Position numbers and translations under genes: made by a program. A stretch of 64,000 nt of DNA from Macrostomum hystrix (Eukaryota; Animalia; Platyhelminthes). The stretch covers positions 8,556,001 to 8,620,000 of the forward strand of contig CATNEN010000007.1 of NCBI GenBank assembly GCA_950097015.1, given 5' to 3'. Under the pieces are notes generated by a model. The model was not told the DNA's origin. It was given only the letters and a program-made list of their open reading frames with translations, and made no database searches. Below are positions 24,041-36,662 of the stretch, piece after piece. The stretch's first letter is position 1; each line of letters opens with the position of its first letter.

Positions 24041-26566
24041 ATGCCTCCAAGATGGGACACTGAAACGCAGGGAAGTTACATTGAGGCATTGAATAACAAA
24101 CAAAGCGAAGAAATAATTAGAAAGTTGCAATCTATCGACGCACACGATGGAAAATCCCTGGAAAATTTGTTCTCGAGCTTGACCAACCTGCTTAGAGACT
24201 CAGTGGCAGAAAGCTGCGCAAAGACAATCATTCCGAACAAGTTCTGGACAAATCGAGACGAGACACTAAGAAACTTGAGCAAATCATTAAAGTACGTGGC
24301 CAGGAAAAAAAGACGTAGACCAACTGACAGCGCGCTGGCATCAGAATATAATGGGCTAGCGAAAAAATACAAACAACAGCTCAAGAAACTTAAGCAGATG
24401 GACATAAATGACTGCATTCAGAAAATGGCGGCTAACGGAACCTCAAAGGGATTCTGGTCCGGTCTTAGAAGAGCAGAAGAGTTGCTGTTCCCCAGCAGGA
24501 GACTTAACAGATCTCAAGCCCCAATCGCTGACATCGCGGACAACCTAACCAAAGTGTTTAACGCACATCCTTCTTCGGGAACCCAGCCGCATCGCACAGA
24601 TGAAGCAGTTAGTCCCGAAGATTTAATTAGCTGCGTAGATCTCGATAGAGCAGTTAAAAAGCTAAAGAGAAGAAAGGCTGCAGGAATAGATGGTATAACA
24701 AATGAGCACATTATCTACGGACAAGAGAAGCTAAAACCCGTACTTCTGAAGCTTTTTAACGCAAGCGTAAGACTCGGCCAGACTCCTGCACAGTGGTCAA
24801 ATGCCCTAATCACACCGATTTATAAAAAGGGTTCCCGTAGTGACCCCAAAAACTACAGACCCATAAGCGTGCTGCCTGCCCTGGCTCGCCTGTTTGCCTC
24901 ACTTATCTATGAAAAGCTAGAAACTCATATTCGCACCCTCGACTTGCTTTCAGCCAGTCAAATAGGAAATAGAAAGGGCTACCGAACTTCAGACCACATT
25001 GCCACTCTCTTGACGTTGATCCACAACAAAAAGCGTCGCAAAAGGCCATTTCACTTAGTGTTCTTTGACTTAAAAAGCGCATTTGACATGGTCCACCATC
25101 CAACACTTTTCCAACGACTTAGGGAGTTAAAGGTCAGCCCAGAAATAATCGAAGCAATACAAAGCATGTACTCAGGAGCTAAATTCCAACTGAAGATCTC
25201 AGATGGCCAAGCAACTAAGGCAAGGAGCATAACAAATGGAGTAAGACAAGGCTGTCCCCTATCCCCTCTACTCTTCTCACTCTATATAGATCCTTTGAGC
25301 ACAATGCTAAGGGATTCATTTCGCAGCGACACCTTCATTAAAGATGAACAAATCAACAACTTGCTATACTGCGATGATTTAGTGATCTTTGGAGAGAATC
25401 CTCGAGAGTTGCAGAAGGGCCTCGATAAAGTGTCAGAATTTTGTCAGAGCCACAAGCTAGAAATCAATATGCAAAAAACTAAGGTTATTAGCTGTTGCCC
25501 TGACCCATAAAAGACGGCTAACAAACTATTTCTGCAGGGACAACTGTTAGATAGCGTCAAAGAATGGAAATATCTTGGCTTTCACATCAATGCTAAAGGA
25601 ACCGTGGATTCCCATGCCACAGAGATTAACAAAAAATGTGGATATCCTATTCTTCTCTTAAGGAAATTAGCCAGCCATGGGGCGGTCAGATACAATCAGC
25701 TCATGCTGTACTGCACAGCAATGATAGAAAGCATAGCTCTGTACGCCTCTGAGGCCTGGGGGGCTTTTGTCTCGTGGAACCTGGGTCCTTGGGACCGCTG
25801 TCTTTTTGAAAGAGTAAACATCAGGTGCTGTAAAGCCATACTACAAGTCAGCCAAAATACGGATGGCAACGGGGCCCGCTCGGAGTTAGGCAGATTGCCT
25901 TTATTATACAACATCCAGAAAATAAGCATTTCGTACTGGGCCTCCATAACAAGCCGGCCGGACTCCATAATTTCCAAGTTATTGGCGGACCAAACATACA
26001 GTGATGTTGGAATCAAAGCAAAGACCAACAATGAGGTTATGCTGAACTGCAGAGGCATTAGTCCTGCAAAAGCAATTGGAAACCACAGGAAAAATTTCGT
26101 TTCTCAGTTCGATACCCATTGGAGACAAAGGACACAGAACTCAAGCAAGCTAAGTCACTTCTATTACTCCTTCAAGCAATATTATTCAGCCGAAAAATAT
26201 TTACAACAAATATACAACCCGGAGTGGAGACGTACCATAGCCTCGTTTAGACTAGGAAACCATAAGCTAGCTTGCGAAACATTGCGAACTGCGAGACCGA
26301 TAATTCCGTATGTAAATAGATTATGTAGTAAGTGCAAAACAGAAGTTGAAAACGAGGTCCACTTCCTTTTTAAGTGCACTTGGAATAAGTATAGCGCAGC
26401 ACGTTCGAAATTTGAGACGGAAGTTTCTGGGAAAACCCCCAATTTCATATCCTTAACAGCAGAAGAAAAATCTAACTACATAATGGCTCAAGACGATAGG
26501 GAAACCGCTGAAGCTTTAGCAAAATACATCATAGAAATATCTAAAATAAGGGAACAGCTGCCCTGA
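24041..26566 (+). mobile_element. 5'-truncated non-LTR retrotransposon ORF2 (RT plus C-terminal CCHC; RTE-X/CR1-like), single in-frame stop at 25508-25510
   Basis: KAAGIDGI, NYRPIS, FFDLKSAFD, GVRQGCPLSP, YCDD, KYLG, CSKC..ENEVHFLFKC; ORFs 24041-25510 and 25604-26566 are in the same frame. Confidence 0.92.
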
Positions 26567-27200
26567 GACTACGAGATTTTACTAGCATTCAACAATAGAT
26601 ATTTCATAATTTGTTTTATCCCTGGCGTCCCTTGTGTTTTTACTGCTCTTATTTTTAATACCTTTGCTTTCCCTTCCCAGCTCGATATTTGATTCCTACT
26701 TAACTTCGCTTTTTATGTTGCTTTTCGTTGTTCATTTAAATGTGTTGTTAAAAAATATACTCGTATATTAAAAAAAATCAGCACCCATAGATGGCGTGCG
26801 CGTTTTAATAATAATAAGTTTAACAGAGCGATAAGGAAGGGGGGTTGGTTAGAAGGGTAACGTGTGCGCGGACTGGCCAGAGGTAAGAGATGAAACGCAG
26901 GGGAAGGAAAGAGAGACGAGGTGAGAGCCAATCAGAGCCGAGAGAGAAGATAAATAAATTGAACAGGCAGGGGGGAGAGAGGAGAGAGTACATTAAGAGG
27001 GCGCGCGAAATGAGAAACCAGGGAGAAGTTAATACAGTTACTTTCTTACTTCAGAGAAGTGAAGAAACGGAAAGAATCCCTTTCTTAATCGTTTGGTCGG
27101 TCCATATGAGCCGACTGTAGTACTGTGAGATGTCTATCGTCAATACTGCTACTTCGTCGAATTTAAGTTTTCAAGCACATACTTAAATCAATTGACAAGC

Positions 27201-28360
27201 ATGGTGACTTTCGATTGTGATCTCGGGATCGACTTTGAGCCCATTGACTTTGCGACAATCAAGGAAGTGTTGGATATTGCGGGAACGCCTACAAATGGAG
27301 AAACGGAGCTTCCGGCTGAGGAGCAGAGACTGGAAGAGATAATTGCATCCGTTTTCCACGAGGGAACAAAGAAGAAGTGTCAATGGATGGTCAATGCCTT
27401 TCGAGCCTGACACGACAAGGAGCAGTGGGCAAAATCCGAACCTGGCGGTCCTGCTTTGAAGATTCTTGCCGATCTCGCCGACATGACCAAATCTGACTGT
27501 TTCGTGCGATGCCGAATCGCGCAGAAAGTAAGTCTGAGCCTTGCAGGCTCGCCCGCACTCAAGGGCTCTTGTCCTGTATATTTGCCATAGACTAACGGCT
27601 TTTACTTGTACTTATAATAGGTTGGTGCCCTTGGCACGAATACGCTAATACACAACACTGACCTCAACTATATCCTTTCTGCAGGTTCGTACAAGTAGTG
27701 GCGCTCCTTATTCTGCTTCTATACGTTGATGGACTTTTTCTGTATGTTGCAGTACTTTTTCGTCAACGAGTGCAAGCCACACAGCCTAAGGAAAGATTTC
27801 AAATTCGTGGAGAGTCGGCGAGCGTTAGCTTCGATGAAGCAGAGTACTCGAGATTGAAAAGGAAGACTGCGAAAGACTGAACCTATTCCTACTAGCATAG
27901 AGGACAAGCTGTGGTCTAATGGCTTGCTTGGTCGGGATACACTAAAACACTTAGTGCTTTGATCTGGGGCATTGGTAAGCACTTTGCTCTTCGCGTTGGA
28001 CCCGAATTGCGTAGTCTGGAATACGACCGACAATCAAACTAGAGAAGGTTGACGACGAGCTCTGCTTGTTTTATAGAGATATTACTGGATCAAAATCCAA
28101 TCAAGGCGGTCTTCGTCGCGAACCCAAAGTTGTCAGAGCTTTCGACACCGTCGAACACGTTAAATACATTGTCTATGGGTTCACCGACTACAGCTCGCGT
28201 CGACCAAGCGAGTGCCATGAGCTCTTATACTGCCATGCAATCGCCAGTGGATTATGCCATATGGATGGCGGCGTTGCCAGTGATCGTCCAAGGAAGAGAA
28301 TGCACTTGGGAGGTATGCGGCGACACAAACAAGGTGAACATCAATTTCGAATACCTGTAG
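27201..28360 (+). mobile_element. Degenerate Crypton-type YR gene
   Basis: TKKKCQWMVNAFRA, IEDKLWSNGLLGRDT, GKHFALR..ELRSL, SKSNQGGL..EPKVVRAF; possible intron at about 27528-27684; many lesions. Confidence 0.65.
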
Positions 28361-29940
28361 GATTGAAGCACTTTTGCGACGTTAAATAGTTTTATCAGAA
28401 ATATATTGTTGCTGTTGAGTGGCTTTATCTGGCCCGGATTTAGTTTTAGTATTTAAAACAAGGATTTAGTTTAACTTTGAATTAAAGCGTCTAGCAAGCG
28501 CCTTCAAGTGCATGGATTACAAGTTACATAGATATACTGAATGTACAAAACTAATTACTGTAATAATTTGAAAATGTATTTACGTGAGGCGCCACGCCAT
28601 TTTGGATTAGAATTATAAACATGCCTTTCTTGAAGTGTCTCCATTTTTAGTGGCTTATATTGCGTCTGCACCTGCATGTGGCCAGATTTAGTTAGGTGCA
28701 TGTTAAAATGCGCTAACACTTACATTTGCGATTCACATTCATGGTATCTTAAAATATTGGACCCATTTAAGTAGTATAAAGCGAACGTATCCACAAGTTT
28801 TGCCTACATCACTCAGGCGATTTACGTAAATCGAAAGCTTTTCTCGTTAAATCATCAAAGTTTTGACGAGACATCGAGCTTCAGTTAGTTTAAACAGCGA
28901 TAATGAAATAAATGTTTGATAATAAGATTCCAAGGCTTAGAAGCGTGTTGAGATACTCTGGGGATTGCGCAATTCGTGGCAGACATGGATCCAAAATGTA
29001 TTTATATGACTGAATCACCTAATCAAAAGTAGAGACGAATTTCTGTCATAATTTAGAACTTCAAACTGCTTTCATGTTGTCTGCTTTAAGACTTATAATT
29101 TTCCTATGGAGAATTTGATGGCTTGCATCTACTGAGTTGACGACATGGTCGTGTTGCGAATTCAGACCAGCTACATTTTCATGGATCCTAGAAAAGTGAG
29201 AGCTCTTTAGAAAAAGACACATATTTCAACTGAAATACTCGCTTACATTGAATATTGGAGAACGATCGTAAGGCGAATAGAAATAGCTACTCGTAACAGC
29301 GACAGAGTAAAAACATTGAAACCAGCAGATCTATAAGTGCCCGAAGCTTCTGTCACACAGTAAACATAAGGACTATGCCGATGCATGCACAAGCAAATAA
29401 ATTAAGTTAATGTTTTTTAAACGGTATCGGCACAAAGCCAGTAATTAAAAACGACGCAAACAGTTTCAAAGCTGCGCCACGCAATTGGCGACACCTGTAG
29501 GTACAGGAACCTGCGAAATGAGCGATTCCACACCGGCTAATCGGCAGGCGGTAAGTCAACTGCGGGCAAGCCTTCAAGTGTACCGTACCTCTTAAATTAA
29601 GGAGCAAGAATCATCCAAGAGTGTAGAAGCATAGGGTAGCGAAGTTCATTTTAATTTAAGCTAATAGTCACATCTGTTACAGTTAAACAGAGGGCGAGTC
29701 GGAGGCGAAGTCGAGAAAGTGGCCGATAAAGATCAAGAATAGAGAAAAAACAGGAAAAACAACAAGCAACAAAAATTGGTATAGGATATATTATGTTTCA
29801 TTCTAAGCTTAGAAGCGGAAATCAATCAAACTGGGGGAATTAGTGCAGCGTCGGGAACCGGTGGCTCGGTGAACACTGAGTCAACCTCGAATCAGCTCTG
29901 GGACTGGTGGCTAGGCTCGCAAAATGCAGGGATTCGGGGG

Positions 29941-32900
29941 CTAGGAGTCAGAGGGACTGTGCGTGGACTCCAGCGTCTTAATGAATACCCGGGTTGCGTC
30001 CTGCAGCTCCTGACTGGCGTTCTGGTGCCACTGTTTGAACGAGTCCTCGCAGATGATTGTGTTTTCAAGGTAGATAAAGAATAAGTCGTTTATTAAACCT
30101 GAAAAGCGAAGATGGGGTGAGTGAATGGTCGTCAGCACAACTTTAATATGAGAATTCCAGCACGCACAACTGTGAAAAAACCGAATGTACTCACTGAGTG
30201 AATAGCCGGCATCCATCACGGTTTCGCATGTGGCGCTGAGAACCCACTGCTGTTGCTGCTCCTGGGTCTCGATGTGTCGCATAAGGACCGGCTTAACCAG
30301 AAGGAACATGCCTTTGTTTAGTTTTTTGTTCTCTGGAGTTGCAGAAAAGCGGCGCCGAGCGAGAGATAAGTAAAACAGAAGATAAGTGGGGAGAACATTT
30401 TTCGAGATAAAACAGCAAACTCTGAATAATATCAAGAGCAAGAAGCAACTAGAAATGTTTATTCTAAACGCTCGAAAGACATACATAATCTTAATTTTCT
30501 TTATCTATCTGCAGGTAGTATGGACATATCCGACCCTCTTTACTCACGAATGCAGCTGCGACAGACGCTGCGCACGAGAACCTGCATAAACTTGCGGGTC
30601 TCCAACAGCTTCTTGTCCACCTCCTTCTCAATGATGGCTATTAGCTCTTCGGACAGCAGATCCTTAGTTGATGGCTGATCATCTGCGGAAATGATCTTGT
30701 GCTCGATCTGTTCGCCCACTGCATCCAGGGACAGGGGTGATGGCGACATCGGCGTCTCCTGCAGCGTGAACTCGAGCTTGTTGACAGCCACGAAGTCAGC
30801 GGCAGCGGCGGCGTCAGGCAACTCCAGCAGGTTGTGCCAGACGATGCCCGCCTCCCTGAAGGCGGCGCCAACGCGGTCGTGGCCGAGCCGCCCGCTGGCC
30901 AGGTGCAGCGCCCGCGAAAGAATCTCGCCGCGAAGAGGTCGCCGGCTCGAGTCGCGCAGCTCGGCGGGAATCTTCAGCAAAAGCTGCTGCACGCAGGGCA
31001 GGTAGGAGGCCGCCTTCTGCACGAATGAGGAGAAAATCTCGCCCAGGTAGCTGGACAGAAGCGGGAAGTCCGACAGGAAATCCTCCGCCATCTCCATGAT
31101 GGGCGAAAACCTGCAGGAGACAGGAGGTTCATGGGGCAGCTGGTCATTTGAGTGGCACATTTAGAGATGATTCTACTTATGGGTTTGTGAAGGGTTAATG
31201 CTATCCATGTGAACGTAAAGCTAAAAAACTAGAGATCCCAAGATTCATTCCAGTCTGACGGACTCACCCCTCAATGAGGTCCTTGGTGCTGAGCAGGTCG
31301 CTGTTCAACAGCTCGAACAGCAACTGGCCGCCGCGCTCTCGCAGCTCCTTGCTGTTCTCATTCAGCAGGTGCTCCGCGTTGGCCTCGACAAACACGCTGA
31401 CTTGTGGATGCTGAGCGATTTCAGCGAAGCTGGCCTTGGTGTCCTGCGGAAGCGCGAACGAATGAATTGTACTGTAATAATAATTAGAGAAACACAATAT
31501 TCGTAGGGGCTGTGGACCCTGGCGCACTCTCACTGTGCCTTAATTTGACTTTCATAGGAATAAACTGCCATAATGAACGTGGTCTCGCTGCGGATTCGCG
31601 CCTAGAGACCTGGTGCTACAGTCAGACGCGACAACACTCTGGCACTCAAACCCTATCCCAAAACAAACATTTAAGACCTAACTGGTTCAAATCCCTTCCA
31701 TATTAGCCCGCTTAGTTCTTATTAAAAAACAAATCGGCTGGTTAAAATGAGTCATCACTACCTCAAGCGAGCAAAGCGACCCGAGCCACTCCATCATGAT
31801 ATTCTTGCTTCTTCTTTCCAGGACATCGCGCGGCATGACTGGCGTTTCAATAGCCCGCGCCGGCAGCTCCATGCTAGACTGTGACCGCGGCATCTTGCCA
31901 GAGGCCGCCAGAGCTGCCACAGTCGGCTGCTGCAGTGGTGCATCCCGATGGGGCGAGGCGTCGCGGCTGGTTCCGCGGCTGGCGCTGGACTCGCGAGAAT
32001 TCTTTTGGCTGCCGAATCTGCAATAGCGGTGTCAGTGGCACAGAATTGAGGGAATCAGAAAGCTTAAGCAGTAACGGTCTCTAAGGTTCACAATGCTAGA
32101 TTTTGGCCCAACACCAAAATGACATTAAACCCGATAAACGATCAAGCGACAGTTTCCTTACTTTGGCGTGCCACGGCCCCCGTCTTCCTTGCCACCTGGC
32201 CTTGCTTTAGCAACGAAGGACGGCCGTTGCGGTCCCAGACGGGTCTGGGCTTGGCCTTGCTCCTGGCTGCTGCCGATCACCATCTTGCGCGCGTCCATCT
32301 TCTGCGCCTTTCGCGTGGTTGTAACCGCCGTCCACTCGCTGGTCGCAGTGGCCGGAACCGGCGGACCAGCCGGAGGTCGGCTGTAGCTGCCCTGCCGACC
32401 GCCCCGAGTCTGTTGCATGCCCGCCAGCTGCTGTTTCTTGGACTCCTCTTCCTGCCTGGCCTTCAGCTCAAGCTCCTCCTTCGTCATCGGCCGCTCGTGC
32501 AATCGAATCTCCATCTCGCGACGCTCCCATTTCCGCTCCCGCATCTCCACGATGTCCTGCAGGCGGAAGCGAACCTTCGACTCAATCTCCTTGCTTTTGA
32601 TCAGCTTCTTGATCCGATCAAAGTACTGATCGATTCTGCCTTTGGCGCTGTTCTCACTCTCCAGCTTCTTGCCGACTGTCTTCAGCAGCTCGCACAGGCA
32701 CTCCAGCGACTCTGTGAACATGCTCTTGTTGCCGTGATCTGACTTCAGCTGCGACACAATGCACTGGTGAATGATGTTTGCCGTCAGGATGTCTTTCATG
32801 AACAACTCGCCGATGAATCTGAAAAGACGATTGCAAATCGGTTGACCCAGTAAATTTACCGTCAGTCTTGTCTTTTGGATGTAGCTCGTAAGACATGTAC

Positions 32901-35900
32901 CACATGTCTGAAGTAAGTCAGGTGGACAGTGCCTGAGCAGCCACCACAAATGTGAGTCCTAGTGGCTTGAGCAGACGAGCCCACAACTAGCGACATGTTC
33001 TGTCGTGTTGGCTAGATTGTTTATTTGTTTATAATTTGTTTATTTATTAACACCAGCACATTCTCAGTGACTGACCTGATGTTGCCGTAATATTGATCCT
33101 TCATTTTCTTTACTTGCTCGTCCCTCTCCTCTTCCAGTGCCTTCTTCTTGTCGTCGTTCTCACTGTCGATCCTCTCTTGCCACTGAGCCGCCTTCTGCTC
33201 CATCTGGTCCTTCAGCGGAGTCTCGAACATATCCTGGCACTTCTTTAACAGCAGGGAGCGGAATCCAACGAACTGTTTGTTCTCAGCTTGCGGCTGGTCC
33301 GGAAAGTTCACCTTGAGCTATAAAACAGAATTGGATCAAAGAGATTATTTTCCCTACTAGCAGAGAACAAACAAAACATAACAAAAAATTACTTAAACAC
33401 TCACAAAAGCAAGGCGCTTGCAGATCTCGGCAAACACAGACGAGTAAGACTTCTCACGGGTGGCCTGTGGAAATAATTACGTGAGTTCAATAAATAAAAA
33501 CAACGCTGCCAGAATACTGAAGGCTGAGGCAGCGAAACAACAAAGTTCCTATGTTCTAATCAGAATTATTGTTTGTTCAGCATGGTAGAGCAAATCATGG
33601 ATAACGGTCATTATTTAAAAGTAAGCTTGCTGCTTGAAATAATGTCCTACAAAACTCAAATTCTACTGTATTCCCTCAACGAGCTCTTTAACAAAAAACT
33701 TTCTCAAACCTTGTCAAAGATGATGTCAACACAGGCGTTGAGGCCGCCGATGCTGCCGATGTCGCAAGTCGTGGTCAGCTGGGAGAAGCAGGACTCGAAG
33801 TTCTGTGGCGCGATCTTGTTCAGGATGGAGCGAATGTTGCGTTCGATGTCCTCCTTCTTGGCCTGCTCCTGGTCGTCCGGCTTCTTCTGCTGCAGGAAGC
33901 CGGGCACGTAGGCGCTGTCGCTCTTGTGAAGATCAACCTTGTCCTTGCGCACCTCTATCACCACCTGCTGCTTCATTGGGGGCTTCGGTGGGCCGCCGCC
34001 ACCACTACCACTGCCTCCGCCGCTGCGGCCGCTGCCGCCTCGGTGAGAACTGTAGGCAGGCTTTGCCTTGTCCTTTATGTAAGTTGGCTGCACCACATAG
34101 GAAGGCGTGAAGTCAAAGCCGCGAACCGCTCGTGGCTGCTGCTGCTAGAGATTAACGGTAATGGGAAGCAGAGCACAACTTGTAGTACAGAAAAAGGTGA
34201 CGTGATTGAAACTGACCATTATTGTGATATTTCAATACTGCTCACACATTTGCCAGTAAATAAAGCATAAAATTGCAAAGAATATTTGCAAGAACACTCA
34301 CAGAGTCGCTTCGCGGTAGCAGCTCGGGAATGTCGCCCGGCAGTTCATCCGGTCGCTGGCTGCTGAGGTCTGTAAACTGAAGACTGAGCAAGAACTGCCT
34401 ATCGTACTTTAGTTTTTTCTCCAGGGTTGTTTTCTCAGACTCTCCGGGCTCCGGCTTGAAGTCATAAGACTTTCCGCTCGCCAGCAGTGTCGTTGGCGGC
34501 TGCGACCGGCGCTCAAGAACGGCGGTGACAGAGTCATGACCGGCATCTGTAGAAGCTTTTCGAGACGCAGATGACTGGCGACTACCATCGGTTGCGTCAC
34601 CGTTCATTGGTGTCGCCACCGGGGACTTCTGCTGCTGCGCCGTCTGAAGAGGAGAATCAGCAGCTGCTGGTGACTGCGACTTTTGCGCCGATGGTGGCCC
34701 ACTGTCGTCCTTCATTAAAGAGACAGCGTCGGAGACGACTGAAGGTAAAGGCAACTCAGTCTGCTCCGGCGACGGCAGGGGAGTCGGTGGCTTGGCAGGC
34801 CGAGGCGAAGGCTCAACAGAAATGGTCTCGGTGCGTGTGATGGGTGCAGCAGCAGCTGCTTCAGTGGCAGCGGAGGAACTCGCTGCTGAAGGTGCTACAA
34901 CGGAGGTGGCCGAGATAGCTGGCGAGGCAGTGGCAGGCGCAGCAGTTGTGGTGGAGGGTTGCGGGACGCCAGACTTAGCTGAGCTCCTCAGCTTCATCAG
35001 GTCCTTCTGCACTGTCTGGTCATCCGTAGGTTTTTCAATTACCAGTCCTCGATTTGGTCGTGCAGTGGTTCCAGCGTGTGGAGGCGGCGTCGAGTTCTGG
35101 TAGCTACTGGTTGCTGCTGAAACGGCGCCAGTTTTCGAGGATGCCAAAACCACCTCCTGCTTCGTCTCCGGGTTCACAATCGGAAGCGGCTTCTTCTCCC
35201 TAGGACCTTGGCTCTGCGGCTGCTGCTGCTGTTGTTGCGGCGGCTGCTGAGTTTGCTGTTGGACTGGGAGGTGAGGCTCACTGCTGATTGCAGTGGGGGC
35301 TAAAAACGGCGCGGCGGGAACCGCTCCGCTGTTTGGGTGAAACTGAGCATTTGAGTGCGTTGGGCGCGACTGCGGCCGCGTGCCACTGGAATAGTTGATG
35401 GGCACAAACTGCTGTGTGTAGGCCGGGTTGGGCTGATGCTGCCGCTGCATCATGGGCATTGGCTGGCCGTACTGGTGTGCTGGGCCAGGATAATTGGACA
35501 CAGGACCATACGTGGCCATCTGCGGCTGATGGGGTGGGAGTGAGGCTTGCGTTACCACGACAGCAGTGTTGCCAGATTTTAGAAGGCTACTAAATAACAG
35601 TTAAGATACTATAATTAACTTTTAATCTGGGTTAAAACCATAGCCTGAGTGATGGGGAGTGATTTGGAAGTTGGGTAGAGATTTGAACTTTTACAGTGAC
35701 TTCTAACTGCAGATTTTCGAGAGGATTTGGAGTTATTTCACCTAGCAACTTATAGCGCTTTGAACTTCTCAAGTTCTAATTTGAGTAAATTTATATTCTC
35801 CGAGATTTTAAGCAGCTGTGATAATGTAGATAACTAAGTAGACTGGGGCAAGTGGAAAAACCTTAAGTGATATAGCTGGCAGCCAATAGCATCAATTTGA

Positions 35901-36662
35901 GCAATTAGGTCTTGAAAAACCTCGAACTCTACGCAAATACGTAAAAGAACGAATAGAAAAAGCGGCGCGGGCAATGGGCAACGAACGCCATTTGCCTTAA
36001 CAGCTTCTCAAACAGTCGCTTATATCAGATTACGGTAACAGAAATCAGAAAACGGTAACTAACAAAACAAACTCATAGCAAAGGAACAAGATTCAACAAA
36101 CATCGGGGATTAAAATGGTTGACCACATCATCCAAGACTTACTGCTGCCATTAGTGGAGCGGCTACCGTGAAAACCTGAATCTGAGGCTTCAAACAAATT
36201 AGTGGATGCAGATATAAGAATGACTAATATTTTCACACCTACGTGGCACAAATAGAGGTCTCATGCAAATGAAAAGTACATTACTAATGGAAACACGTCA
36301 AGCTTTTTTATCTTTAAAAGATATTAAGTGCAACATTTCGCATTCTAACGGGAAATAAGGGTGCACATTAGAAACTAAAACATAATGTTTTTACACAACT
36401 CACGAGTAGAAAGAAACCAGAATTTACAGATACTCACATATGCCGGCTGAGCGGCCTGCACGTGCATCATTGTCTGGTGCTGAAGCGGCTGCTGATGCTG
36501 GTACTGTTGATGGGCCTGGTACTGGGAGTTGGGCGGGAATTGAACTGGCGCATTTGTAGGCCAGCCAGGATGAGGCTGAGGGACTGTACCCGGATGCTGG
36601 AAGACACCCTGCTGTGCATAGACTAGCTGCGGCTGTCCAGTGACATAACCTTGTGAGTAGAC
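29941..36662 (-). CDS. EIF4G: Eukaryotic translation initiation factor 4 gamma; 5' start unresolved
   Basis: Phase-compatible exons 36662-36438, about 35525-34302, 34144-33710, 33464-33405, 33317-33076, 32818-32162, 32017-31762, 31443-31268, 31110-30548, 30332-30195, 30098-29941. PABP-site-like REKKPLPIVNP, eIF4E motif YDRQFLL, MIF4G (IRSILNKIAPQNF, GNIRFIGELF, KVRFRLQDIVEMR), MA3-like and W2-like C-terminus. Further small upstream exons (36933-36884, about 37270-37227) are plausible. Confidence 0.92.

Noticed and set aside
25508-25510. Programmed stop-codon readthrough in the LINE
   Set aside because: A single nonsense mutation or sequencing error is simpler; no readthrough signal is evident
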